Positions 42,954 to 52,857 of a DNA stretch of 64,000 bases are shown piece by piece. Source of the stretch: an uncultured Acidobacteriota bacterium. Lineage in GTDB: Bacteria > Acidobacteriota > Thermoanaerobaculia > Gp7-AA8. The stretch is from positions 131,705 to 195,704 of the forward strand of contig CAVTGG010000017.1 of assembly GCA_963734155.1 (NCBI GenBank). Direction: 5' to 3'. Below the pieces are notes generated by a model, which was not told the origin of the DNA, made no database searches, and saw only the letters and a program-made list of their open reading frames with translations. Each line of letters begins with the position of its first letter. Position 1 is the stretch's first letter. The position numbers were made by a program, and so were the translations under genes.

Positions 42954-43877
42954 ATGGGCGACATTTTGGCGGTCCGGAATGTGGTCAAGGTCTTTGGTGC
43001 CGTTCGGGCGGTGGATGGGATCTCCTTCACCGTGCGCCGCGGCACGATCACCGGGCTTTTGGGGCGGAATGGGGCGGGGAAGACGACCACCATTCGGATG
43101 ATCACCGGCATCTTCATGCCGGATTCCGGTGACATCCAGTGGATGGGCGGTGGGGATGGGAGCGGGACGTCGTTCCGCGACCGGATCGGCTATTTGCCGG
43201 AAGAGCGCGGGCTCTACCGGCAGATGAAGATCGTCGAGCTGCTGCTGTTCCTCGCCGAGATCAAGGGCAAGAGGCCGGCGGACGTTCGCGCGAAGATCGA
43301 CCACTGGCTCGAGCGCTTCGAGCTTACCGAAAAGCGCAACGCGAAAGTCGAAGAGCTCTCGAAGGGCAACCAGCAGAAAGTCCAGCTCATCGCCACGCTG
43401 CTCCACGACCCCGAGCTCATCATCCTCGACGAGCCGCAGTCCGGACTCGATCCCGTCAACATGGTCCTCGTCCGCAATCTCCTGCGCGATCTTCGCGCCG
43501 AAGGCAAGACCATCCTTCTCTCCACCCACATGATGGGCGAAGCGGAGCGCATGGCCGACGAGATCATCCTCATCCACCGCGGGCAGGTCGTCCTCGACGG
43601 CAGCCTTGAAGAAGTCCGCGGCGCGAAGCACGCACTGCACATCGACTTCGAAGGCGACGGCGCCTTCCTCAACACGCTCCCCGAGGTGCGGCACGCCGCC
43701 GTCGTCGGCAACTCCGCGGAGATCACGCTCGCCGACGGGGCCGATCCGCAGAAGATTCTGGAAGCCGCGGTAGGGCGCGTTCGCATCCGCCGCTTCGAGC
43801 TCGCCGTGCCCTCGCTCGAGCAGATCTTCATCGAGAAAGTCGGCGCGGAAACCCTCGCCGCGGAGGTGGAGAAATGA
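42954..43877 (+). CDS. ABC transporter ATP-binding protein
   Basis: Walker A GRNGAGKTT, signature LSKGNQQKV and Walker B IILDEP. Confidence 0.9.
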   Translation: MGDILAVRNVVKVFGAVRAVDGISFTVRRGTITGLLGRNGAGKTTTIRMITGIFMPDSGDIQWMGGGDGSGTSFRDRIGYLPEERGLYRQMKIVELLLFLAEIKGKRPADVRAKIDHWLERFELTEKRNAKVEELSKGNQQKVQLIATLLHDPELIILDEPQSGLDPVNMVLVRNLLRDLRAEGKTILLSTHMMGEAERMADEIILIHRGQVVLDGSLEEVRGAKHALHIDFEGDGAFLNTLPEVRHAAVVGNSAEITLADGADPQKILEAAVGRVRIRRFELAVPSLEQIFIEKVGAETLAAEVEK

Positions 43878-45178
43878 AGAAGACCCTCGCCGTCTTCAAG
43901 CGCGAATACCTGGTGGCCGTGCGGAAGAAGATGTTCATCATCATGACCTTCCTCATGCCGCTGCTCATGGTCGTCGCCTTCCTCGGGCCGACGATGCTCA
44001 TGGAGCGCGGCCTCGGCGACAAGCACATCGCCGTCGTCGACGGCAGCGGCCAGCTCGAGTCGGCATTCAAAGCGCCGGAAAAAGACGACAGCCCCGACAT
44101 CGCCATCGGCAAGCGCGGGCGCGACCTCCCGCAGCAGATGATCATCCAGTACGTCGACGCCCACGGCAACGCCGACGTCGACGCGGCCGGGAAACCGTAC
44201 GTCACGCGCCTCGGCGCGAAGGACGGATTCGACGGCGTTTTCGTCCTGCCGCACGACACGCTCACCAACACCGACGCGAAGCTGAAGTACTACAGCCGCA
44301 GCGCCACCGACTTCGTCACCCAGGGCCGGCTCTCCTCGCGCACCAACCGCTTCGTGCAGGAGCGGCGGCTCGCGGAGCGCGGCATCGACAAAGCGGAAAG
44401 TGAAAAGCTCCTCAGCACCCTGAAAACCGAGGGCGTGCAGATCTCGAAGACCGGCGAAGAGAAAAAAGGCGGCATCGCGAACTTCCTCGTCGGCATCGTC
44501 CTCACCGCGCTGCTGTTCATCCCCAGCTTCATCTACGGCCTCGAAACGATGCGCGGCATCATCCAGGAGAAAACGGACCGCGTCGTCGAAGTGCTCGTCT
44601 CCTCCGTTTCTTCGAGACAACTCCTCGTCGGCAAAGTCCTCGGCATCGCCGCGGTCGGCCTCACGCAGATCGGCGTCTGGCTGCTCATGGCCGGCATCGC
44701 CGGCGCCTATGCCGGCGCGGTGGCCACGGCCGGCGGGATGAACGTCTTCGCCATCCTGAAGCCGGCGACCTTCATCTTCTTCGTCGTCTTCTTCATCCTT
44801 TCGTATCTCAGCTACGTCTGCATCTACGCCATCGGCGGCTCGGTCTGCAATTCGGAAAAGGAAGCGCAGCAGCTGATCATGCCCGTGACCATGCCGATGA
44901 TGCTGCCGTGGTTCCTCATCGCGCCGATCCTCACCAATCCCGACTCGAAGCTCGCCGTCGGACTCTCGATGGCGCCGGTGTGGGGACCGCTGACGATGTA
45001 CGTGCGCACGCTCGTCGCCGAGCCGCCGATGTGGCAGATCGCCGTCACGATCGTCGTCTCGATCCTGACGATCTCGCTCTTCTTCTGGATCACCGCAAAA
45101 ATCTTCCGCGTCGGAATCCTCTCGTACGGAAAGCGCCCGACGATTCCGGAGATCTGGAAGTGGCTGAAAGTAGCGTGA
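43874..45178 (+). CDS. ABC-2 family transporter permease
   Basis: ATGA overlap with the ATPase gene. N-terminal TM, a large extracytoplasmic loop and 5 C-terminal TMs. Confidence 0.85.
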   Translation: MKKTLAVFKREYLVAVRKKMFIIMTFLMPLLMVVAFLGPTMLMERGLGDKHIAVVDGSGQLESAFKAPEKDDSPDIAIGKRGRDLPQQMIIQYVDAHGNADVDAAGKPYVTRLGAKDGFDGVFVLPHDTLTNTDAKLKYYSRSATDFVTQGRLSSRTNRFVQERRLAERGIDKAESEKLLSTLKTEGVQISKTGEEKKGGIANFLVGIVLTALLFIPSFIYGLETMRGIIQEKTDRVVEVLVSSVSSRQLLVGKVLGIAAVGLTQIGVWLLMAGIAGAYAGAVATAGGMNVFAILKPATFIFFVVFFILSYLSYVCIYAIGGSVCNSEKEAQQLIMPVTMPMMLPWFLIAPILTNPDSKLAVGLSMAPVWGPLTMYVRTLVAEPPMWQIAVTIVVSILTISLFFWITAKIFRVGILSYGKRPTIPEIWKWLKVA

Positions 45179-45180
45179 GG

Positions 45181-45259
45181 TAGCGGGCAGGCGAGCTGGC
45201 GGGCAAGCGGGCCGGGCGACTGTCTGCTGCCCGCCTGCTCGCTGGCCCGCTGCCCGCTA
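45181..45259. repeat. Heptamer-unit palindrome (GCGGGCA units)
   Basis: tagcgggcaggcgagctggcgggcaagcgggccgggcg actgt ctgctgcccgcctgctcgctggcccgctgcccgcta. Confidence 0.65.
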
Positions 45260-45268
45260 AGCTATGAT

Positions 45269-45290
45269 CCCCCTCCAAGTTCGGAGGGGG
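45269..45290 (+). promoter_or_regulatory. RBS-sequestering hairpin immediately upstream of the acyl-CoA ligase start codon
   Basis: ccccctcc aagttc ggaggggg. The GGAGG Shine-Dalgarno lies in the 3' arm of the stem, 5 nt before ATG 45295. Confidence 0.4.
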
Positions 45291-45294
45291 CTTC

Positions 45295-47107
45295 ATGCCG
45301 GATCCAAAAACGCTCAACGATATCTATGAGCTAACCTCGTCAGTCGATCGCCCTGCGATCATGAAGTACAAGAAGGGCGACCGGTGGATCGACGTCACGG
45401 TTCCCGAGTTCCGCGACACGGTTCGCTGGTTTTCCACGGGCCTGTACGAGCTCGGCGTGAAGCCGGGCGATCGCGTCGGCATCCTCTCCGAGAATCGTCC
45501 CGAGTGGACGATCGCCGACTTCGCGACGCTCTGCGCGTCCGCCGTCAGCGTGCCGGTCTATCCGACGCTCCTCGGCTGGCAGATCGAGTACATCCTCAAC
45601 GACGCCGGCACGGTCGCCGTCGTCTGCTCGACAAAAGAGCAGCTCGACAAAGTGCTGGAGATCCGCTCGCACGTTCCCGCGCTGCAGAACGTGATCGTCT
45701 GCGATCTTCCCGAGCCGGTCGAGGGCGTCCTCACATTCGCCGACGTCGTCGCGCGCGGCCGCGCGTTCGAACAGAAAAACGGGCGCGGCTGGTTCGATCA
45801 GTCGCGCGCCTCGCGCACGCCCGACGATCTGGCCACGCTCGTCTACACCTCCGGCACTACCGGCAATCCGAAGGGCGCGATGCTCACGCACGGCAACATC
45901 ACGACGAACGTCGTCTCCGTGCGCGAAGCCGTGCCGTTCCAGATCGGCGACGTCGCGCTGTCGATCCTCCCGCTCTCGCACATCCTCGAGCGCATGGTCG
46001 ACTACCTCTATCTCTACAAGAACGGCACGATCGCGTACGCGGAGAACGTCAACAAAGTCGCCGACAACCTGCAGGAGATCCGCCCGCAGTACTTCGGCGC
46101 GGTGCCGCGTCTCTTCGAAAAGATGCGCATGCGGATCATGGACAACGTCGCCACCGCGCCGCCCGCGCGCCAGAAGATCTTTCACTGGGCGCTGAAAGTG
46201 GGCGAGGAGCGGCTGCCGTATCGCATCGAAGGCAAGCCGCTGCCGCTCGGCCTCAAACTGAAATCCGCGATCGCCGACAAGCTCGTCTTCAGCAAGATCA
46301 TCGCGCGCCTCGGCGGCAACGTGAAGTACGTCGTCTCCGGCGGCGCACCGCTGTCGCAGGAGCTCGCCGCGTTCTTCATCGGTGCGGGCGTGGAGATCCT
46401 CGAAGGCTACGGCCTCACCGAAACCTCGCCCGTCATCTCGGTGAATCGTCCCGACAAGCGCCGCCTCGGCACGGTCGGTCCGGTCATCGACGGCGTGGAA
46501 GTGAAGATCGCCGAGGACGGTGAGATCCTCTCGCGCGGCCCGCACATCATGAAGGGCTACTGGAACAACCCCGAGGCCACGGCGCAGGCGATCGATCAAG
46601 GATGGATGGTTCCACACCGGCGACATCGGCGAGCTCGACAAGGATGGATTCCTCAAGATCACCGACCGCAAGAAAGACATCATCATCAACGCGTACGGAA
46701 AGAACATCGCGCCGCAGCCGCTCGAAGCGCTGCTCAAGAGCTCCCCGTACGTCGGCACGCCGGTGCTCATCGGCGACCGCCGCAAGTTCCTCACCGCGCT
46801 CATCGTGCCGAACTTCGAGAAGCTCGAGCGTGACGCGGCCGCGGCGGGCATCGAGGTGAAATCGTACGAAGAGCTCGTGGGTCACGACGGCGTGAAGAAG
46901 ATGATCCAGGGCGAGATCGATCGCTTCAATCAGAACCTCGACCGGCAGGAGAAGATCCGCCGCTTCGCGCTCCTGCCGCGCGACTTCACCATCGAAGAAG
47001 ACGAGATCACGCCGTCGCTCAAAGTGAAGCGCAAAGTCATCGACAAGAAATACAAACACATCATCGACCAGCTCTACGCCAACGACAATCTCGTGGAAAC
47101 CACATGA
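45295..47107 (+). CDS. fadD: Long-chain fatty acid-CoA ligase (AMP-dependent synthetase/ligase), with a single-base insertion near 46598-46601
   Basis: LVYTSGTTGNPKGAML AMP motif. The conserved DGWFHTGDIGELDKDGFLKITDRKKD and the C-terminal domain are in the +1 frame. Confidence 0.85.
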
Positions 47108-49248
47108 CCGCTGCCGCTGCTCCGCTTCCGGACACCACTCGCGCATTCATCATCGAACGACAAGGCGATCTCGGGATCGTCTGGTTCGACCTGCCCGGCG
47201 AGAAGATCAACAAGTTCTCTTCCACCGTCGGCCTCGAATTCTCTGCATTGATCGACGAGCTCGCGGCTGCGACCGATCTCAAGAAAATCATTTTCGCCTC
47301 GCGCAAGCCGGGCATCTTCATCGCCGGCGCGGACGTGAGCGAGTTCACCAAGGCGACAAGCGCCGACGAAGCGCGCGAGTACGTCCGCTTCGGCCAGCAG
47401 ATGTTTCAGAAGCTCGCGAAACTGCCGCAGGTCACGGTGGCCGCGATCGACGGCGCGTGCCTCGGCGGCGGCTGCGAGATGGCCATCAGCTGCGACTGGC
47501 GCGTGATCACCGACTCTCCGAAAGCGCAGATCGGCCTGCCCGAAGTGAAGCTCGGCATCTTCCCCGCGTGGGGCGGCGTGACCAAGCTCCCGCGGCTCAT
47601 CGGACTCCCCGCGGCGCTCGACATCATCCTCAACGGCAAAGCGCTCGACGGCAAACGCGCGAAGAAAGCGGGACTCGTCGACGAAGTCGTGGAGCCCGGA
47701 ATCCTCCTCGACGTCGCGAAGAAATTCGCCGAACGCGGCAAACGCAAAGGCGGCGGTCGGACGAAGTTCTACATCGAAGGCAACCCGCTCGCGCGCAACC
47801 TCATCTTCAACAAAGCGCGCAAAGCGGTGCTCGCGCAGACGCACGGGCAATACCCGGCGCCGCTCAAAGCCATCGAGGTGATGCAGTACGCGATGGGCAC
47901 GAGCGTCGAGCGCGGGCTCGAGAAAGAAGCGCAGGAAGTCGCGCCGCTGATCATGGGCGACGTCGCGCAGAACCTCGTGCGCCTCTTCTTCCTGATGGAA
48001 GACTCGAAGAAAGATCCGTATCCGGTGAAGCCGCTCGACGTCCGCGAAGCGGGCGTCCTCGGCGCGGGCATCATGGGCGGCGGGATCGCGCAGATCGTCG
48101 TCGACAAAACGCCCGCCGACGTGCGGATGCGCGACATCAACTGGAAAGCAATCGCCGGCGGGATGAAGGCGGCGTCGAGGGTGTGGAGAAAAAAAGTCGA
48201 GCGGCGGCGCATGACGCGCGGCGAGATGGCGCGCAAGCTCGCGCGCATCACCGGCGCCACCGATTGGAGCGGCTTCTCGCGCGCCGACGTCGTGATCGAA
48301 GCGGTCGTCGAGAACCTGCCGATCAAGCGGCAGGTGCTGGCGGAGTTCGAGTCGCTCTCGAAGCCGAATGCGATCTTCGCGACGAACACGTCGACGATTC
48401 CGATCACGAATATCGCGGCCGAGGCCAAGCGGCCGGAGAACGTCGTCGGCATGCACTTCTTCAATCCCGTCGACAAGATGCCGCTCGTCGAAGTGATCCG
48501 CGGCGAGAAGAGCTCCGACGTGGCGATGGTCACGGTCGCGAACTTCGCGCGCAAGCTCGGCAAAACCGTCGTCTATTGCAACGACGGGCCGGGCTTCATC
48601 GTCAATCGCATCCTCGGCCCGTACATGAACGAGTCGGGATTCCTGCTCGAAGAAGGCAACAGCATCGAGTCGATCGACAAAGCGATGATCGACTTCGGCA
48701 TGCCGATGGGACCGATGGCGCTGCTCGACGAAGTGGGACTCGACGTCGCCGCGAAAGTCGCGGTCATCCTCGGCGAAGCCTTCGGCGCGCGGCTGCAGCA
48801 GAAGTCGACCATCGTCGACAAGCTCTACGCCGACGGACGCCACGGCAAGAAAAACGGGCGCGGGCTGTACATCTACGAAGGCGGCAAACGGCAGGGGCCG
48901 GATCCGTCCGTCTACAAAGTCCTCGGCATTCGTTCGCCGAAGCCGGCGGACGCGAACGCGGTCGTCGAGCGGACGATCTTCGCGATGATCAACGAAGCGT
49001 CACTGATTCTTGACGAGAAGATCGTCGCCTCCGCGGGCGAGCTCGATCTGGCCATGATCATGGGCACCGGCTTCCCGCCGTTCCGCGGGGGATTGCTGCG
49101 GTACGCCGATTCTCTCGGCCTGCCGTACATCCTCGCGCGCCTCGACGAGCTGTCGTCGACGCTCGGTCCGCGCTTCACGCCGAACGAGGCTCTCAAGCGC
49201 GTCGCCGAACGGGACGGGAAGTTCTATCGGGCCTACGCTCGTTCGTAG
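47104..49248 (+). CDS. fadB: Fatty acid oxidation complex alpha subunit (enoyl-CoA hydratase/3-hydroxyacyl-CoA dehydrogenase)
   Basis: Crotonase fold AIDGACLGGGCEMAISCD and NAD-binding GVLGAGIMGGGIA. ATGA overlap with the upstream ligase gene. Confidence 0.9.
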   Translation: MTAAAAPLPDTTRAFIIERQGDLGIVWFDLPGEKINKFSSTVGLEFSALIDELAAATDLKKIIFASRKPGIFIAGADVSEFTKATSADEAREYVRFGQQMFQKLAKLPQVTVAAIDGACLGGGCEMAISCDWRVITDSPKAQIGLPEVKLGIFPAWGGVTKLPRLIGLPAALDIILNGKALDGKRAKKAGLVDEVVEPGILLDVAKKFAERGKRKGGGRTKFYIEGNPLARNLIFNKARKAVLAQTHGQYPAPLKAIEVMQYAMGTSVERGLEKEAQEVAPLIMGDVAQNLVRLFFLMEDSKKDPYPVKPLDVREAGVLGAGIMGGGIAQIVVDKTPADVRMRDINWKAIAGGMKAASRVWRKKVERRRMTRGEMARKLARITGATDWSGFSRADVVIEAVVENLPIKRQVLAEFESLSKPNAIFATNTSTIPITNIAAEAKRPENVVGMHFFNPVDKMPLVEVIRGEKSSDVAMVTVANFARKLGKTVVYCNDGPGFIVNRILGPYMNESGFLLEEGNSIESIDKAMIDFGMPMGPMALLDEVGLDVAAKVAVILGEAFGARLQQKSTIVDKLYADGRHGKKNGRGLYIYEGGKRQGPDPSVYKVLGIRSPKPADANAVVERTIFAMINEASLILDEKIVASAGELDLAMIMGTGFPPFRGGLLRYADSLGLPYILARLDELSSTLGPRFTPNEALKRVAERDGKFYRAYARS

Positions 49249-49252
49249 CACG

Positions 49253-51207
49253 GTGGCTTCAGCTCCCGACCTTTTGACGCCGCGGCAGCGCGCGATCGTC
49301 GCGATCGCTGCGCTCGTCTGCGCCGCTTCGCGCTTCCTCGCGCTCGCGCGCTCCGTCTGGGACTGGGACGAAGTGCTCTTCACGCTGGCGATGCGCGACT
49401 ACAACGTCGCGCTGCACCACCCGCATCCGCCCGGTTTCCCGGCGTACATCTTCCTCGGCCATATCGCGCGCTTCGTCACCGACAGCGACTTTCACGCGCT
49501 GCGGCTCGTCAATCTCATCGCGGCGATGCTCGTCTTCCCGGCGATCTTCTTCCTCGCCCGCGAGCTGCGGCTGCGCTTCGAAACCTCGCTCATCGCCGCG
49601 CTGCTCTTCGCATTTTTCCCGAACGTCTGGTTCTTCGGCGGCGGCGCGTTCAGCGACATCCCGTCGATCGTGCTGGTCTGCTTCGCCGCGGGATTGCTGT
49701 TTCGCAGCCCCTCACCCGGCGCTTCGCGCCACCCTCTCCCCGCAGGCGGGGAGAGGGGCGACGACAGCGTCCGCGTCGCGCTTCTCCCCGCTTGCGGAAA
49801 GGTGGCCGAAGGCCGGATGAGGGGCGTTACGCCTACTGGCTCGGAGCGTTGCTGCTCGCGATCGCGATCGGCATCCGTCCGCAAAACCTGCTCGTCGGAC
49901 TCTTTCCCGCGATTTACGCCACACGCAAACGGCGTCCGCTGGAGATCGTCGTCGCGCTGCTGATCGGCATCGCCGTCGTCGGCATCTGCTTCGGCGGCGC
50001 GATTCAGGCCACCGGCTCGCTGCCCGAATACATGCGCGTCGTGCGCGAGCATGGCGACTACATCTCGCGCGTCGACTCGTTCCACAGCCCCGACCGCCCC
50101 GCGCTCTGGCGCCTCTTCGATCGCTTCTTCATCAAGCAATACCAGTCGCCGGTGCTGAGCGCGATCGCGTCGCTGCTCGTGCTCGTGTCGGCGATCGGCG
50201 CGGTTCGCGACCGCGACCGGTCGATGCTCTACAACGTCCTGACCTTCGCGCCGTTCGCGATCTCCGCCTGGCTGATGCTCGACCGCTTCAGCATCAGCCG
50301 CTTCTCCATCGGATATCAGCCGATGTTCGCGATCCTCGCCGCCGATGGCATCCGCCGCCTCGGACGTTTCCGTCCGTGGCTCGAGCCCGTCTTCGCGTCG
50401 GCGCTCGTCGTCGCCTTCATCGCCTACACCGCGCCGGATTTGAACGTCGTCCGCACGACGGTCGCTCCCTCGGTGCTGGCGACGCAGGCGCTGTTGCGAA
50501 CGGTCGATCCGAAGCGCGACGAGCTGTACGTCGGCCACACGATGTCGAAGTTCGTCGACCTCGTCGCGCCGGGCTTGCCCTATCGCCGCGTCATCGACGA
50601 TCGCGCGCTGCCGCTCGCGCCGAACCCGCGCGCGTGGCTGCTCGCGGAAGTGACGGAGACGAAGCCGGAGGGATTGATGTTCACGCGCGAGCGCGGGCAT
50701 CTCTGGAACATCGCCCGCCGCCACTACTTCGAAATCGTGCTCAAGCCGCTGCGCACCCGCGCGCAGTTCCTCGCCGGCTGGTACGCCCCCGAGGCCCAGG
50801 ACATTCATGAATGGCGCTGGATGGTCGGCCGCTCGGTCACGATCCTGCCGCCGCAGAACGGCCCGGCGATCCTGCGCATGCACCTCGGCATTCCCGGCGA
50901 GTTGATGGACAAGAATCCGGAGATCACCGTGAAAATCAACGGCCGCATCGTCGACCGCTTCCGGACCTCCGAGGGATATCTCGAGCGCAACGTCCACGTC
51001 ATGCCCGCGCCGAACGGCGCGCCGAACACGCTCGAGCTCTCGATCGATCACACCCTCAGCCCGCCGCCCGCCAGGCCACCGGTCGGAAGCTCGGCCGCGG
51101 CTCGCAATTTGGCGTGGGGGCGGCATAGTGGAGGACAGGCTCGCTGTCTGTCCTTCTCTGGACAGCAGGATGTCTGTCCTCCACTTGGGTATTCTTTGAG
51201 CCTATGA
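49253..51207 (+). CDS. GT-C glycosyltransferase family 39/PMT_2-like membrane protein, interrupted by a family-2 palindromic element
   Basis: WDWDEVLFTLAMRDY and HHPHPPGFP motifs. The N-terminal part is in frame 2, and the C-terminal part (from ...YAYWLGALLLAIAIGIRPQ) is in frame 1 after the element. Confidence 0.65.
49705..49824. mobile_element. Palindromic MITE-like element (family 2), inserted inside the GT39 CDS
   Basis: cccctcacccggcgcttcgcgccaccctctccccgcaggcggggagagggg ... cttctccccgcttgcggaaaggtggccgaaggccggatgagggg. Same two modules as 20555-20690, in swapped order. Confidence 0.75.
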
Positions 51208-52757
51208 GTCTTCTTGTCGCGACATTCGTCACTGCATTCAGCGCCGGCGCCGTCAAAGCCCACATCCAATTCTTAGCGAACGATTTGCTCGAAGGCCGCG
51301 GCACGGGCACGCGCGGCTATCGCATCGCGGCGAACTACGTCGCGGCGCAGTTCGGCGCGGCCGGGCTGGAGACTTCGTTTCAGGAAGTGCCGTTGCGCGA
51401 GACGGTGCCGAGCGCGCATTCGACGGTCACGCTGCTGCGCGACGGCGCAGAGCCGGTGACGCTGCGCGCGTTCGAGCAGTTCGTCACGCAGGGCAATGCA
51501 TTGAAGGATGACAGCACCGTCGAGGCGCAGATCGTCTTCGCCGGATTCGGCATCACCGCGCCCGATCAAAAGTACGACGACTACGCGAAGATCGACGTGC
51601 GCGGAAAAATCGTAGCCATCTTCAGCGGCGCGCCGCCGTCGTTCGAGAATGCCATCCGCGCGCATCACAGCTCGTCGCTGAACAAGATCGAGAACGCGGC
51701 GAGGCACGGCGCGGTCGGGCTGATCACGCTCGAGTCGCCGAAGGAAGCGCAGCGCTCGCCGTGGACGCGCGTCGCGCGGCAGTCGAAGCTCGGCACGATG
51801 CACTGGCTGCGCGCCGACGGCACGCCCAACGCCGTCAACCCGCAGCTCACCACCGGCGTCGGCGTCGATCTCGAGACGACGAAGAGCATCTTCGGCGATG
51901 AGGCCGATGCCATCTTCGCTGCGCTCGATCGCGGCCAGCCGCCGTCGAAGCCGCTGAAACTGCGCGCGCGCATTCATCTCGTCAGCGCGCATCGCGAGTT
52001 GAAAAGCCCGAACGTGATCGGCATCCTTCGCGGTTCCGATCCGAAGCTGCGCGACGAGTACGTCGTCTACTCCGCGCACCTCGATCACCTCGGCATCACC
52101 GAGCCCGTGAACGGCGACGGCATCAACAACGGCGCGCTCGACAACGGCACCGGCATCGCCGCGATCATCGAGATCGCCAAAGCCTTCGCCGCGCGGCCCG
52201 AGCGCCCGCGCCGCTCGATCCTCTTCCTCGCCACGACCGGCGAAGAGAAGGGGCTGAAGGGCGCCGACTACTTCGCGAACAATCCGACCGTGCCGTTCGA
52301 GTCGATCGTCGCCGACATCAACATCGACATGCTCCTGCTCCTGCACAAGACCAGCGACGTCGTGGTCTTCGGCATCGACAACAGCGACCTCGGCGACATG
52401 GCCCGCGCCGCCGCGCGCGAGATGAACCTCGAGATCAGCGCCGATCGCGCGCCCGAGGAAGTCGTGTTCGTGCGCAGCGACCAGTACCCGTTCATCAAGC
52501 GCGGCATCCCGGCGATCTTCGTGAACAGCGGATACAACGCCGTCGAGCCGGGCGTGAACATGGCCGAGGAGATGAGAGTGTGGCGGCGCACGCGCTACCA
52601 CTCGCCCACGGACGACCTCGAGCAGCCGATCGACTACGAAGCGGCGCTGCTGCCGATCGAGCTCGACTTCCGCATCGGCCTCGCCGCCGCGAATCGCGAG
52701 GAGCGGCCGAAATGGAAAACGGGGGATTTTTTCGGGGAGATGTTTGGGCGTCGCTGA
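51204..52757 (+). CDS. M28 family metallopeptidase (aminopeptidase with PA domain)
   Basis: HLDHLG, DNGTG and EEKGLKG zinc-binding contexts. Confidence 0.85.
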   Translation: MSLLVATFVTAFSAGAVKAHIQFLANDLLEGRGTGTRGYRIAANYVAAQFGAAGLETSFQEVPLRETVPSAHSTVTLLRDGAEPVTLRAFEQFVTQGNALKDDSTVEAQIVFAGFGITAPDQKYDDYAKIDVRGKIVAIFSGAPPSFENAIRAHHSSSLNKIENAARHGAVGLITLESPKEAQRSPWTRVARQSKLGTMHWLRADGTPNAVNPQLTTGVGVDLETTKSIFGDEADAIFAALDRGQPPSKPLKLRARIHLVSAHRELKSPNVIGILRGSDPKLRDEYVVYSAHLDHLGITEPVNGDGINNGALDNGTGIAAIIEIAKAFAARPERPRRSILFLATTGEEKGLKGADYFANNPTVPFESIVADINIDMLLLLHKTSDVVVFGIDNSDLGDMARAAAREMNLEISADRAPEEVVFVRSDQYPFIKRGIPAIFVNSGYNAVEPGVNMAEEMRVWRRTRYHSPTDDLEQPIDYEAALLPIELDFRIGLAAANREERPKWKTGDFFGEMFGRR

Positions 52758-52831
52758 GTGTCATTCCGAGCCGCGCAGACGGCGAGGAATCCCCTCAATC
52801 GGGGGATTCCTCGCTACGCTCGGAATGACAC
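52758..52831. repeat. REP-like compound palindrome, second copy of the GTCATYCYGAGC family
   Basis: gtgtcattccgagc cgcgcagacg gcgaggaatcccc tcaatc gggggattcctcgc tac gctcggaatgacac. Confidence 0.7.
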
Positions 52832-52857
52832 AGGCGCAACTATGATATGCAGCGCTT

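Noticed and set aside
49253-51207. Calling the interrupted GT39 gene a definite pseudogene
   Set aside because: The contig shows many single-base frame errors, so the frame change across the 120-bp element may be artefactual. The insertion itself is real, but loss of function is not established.
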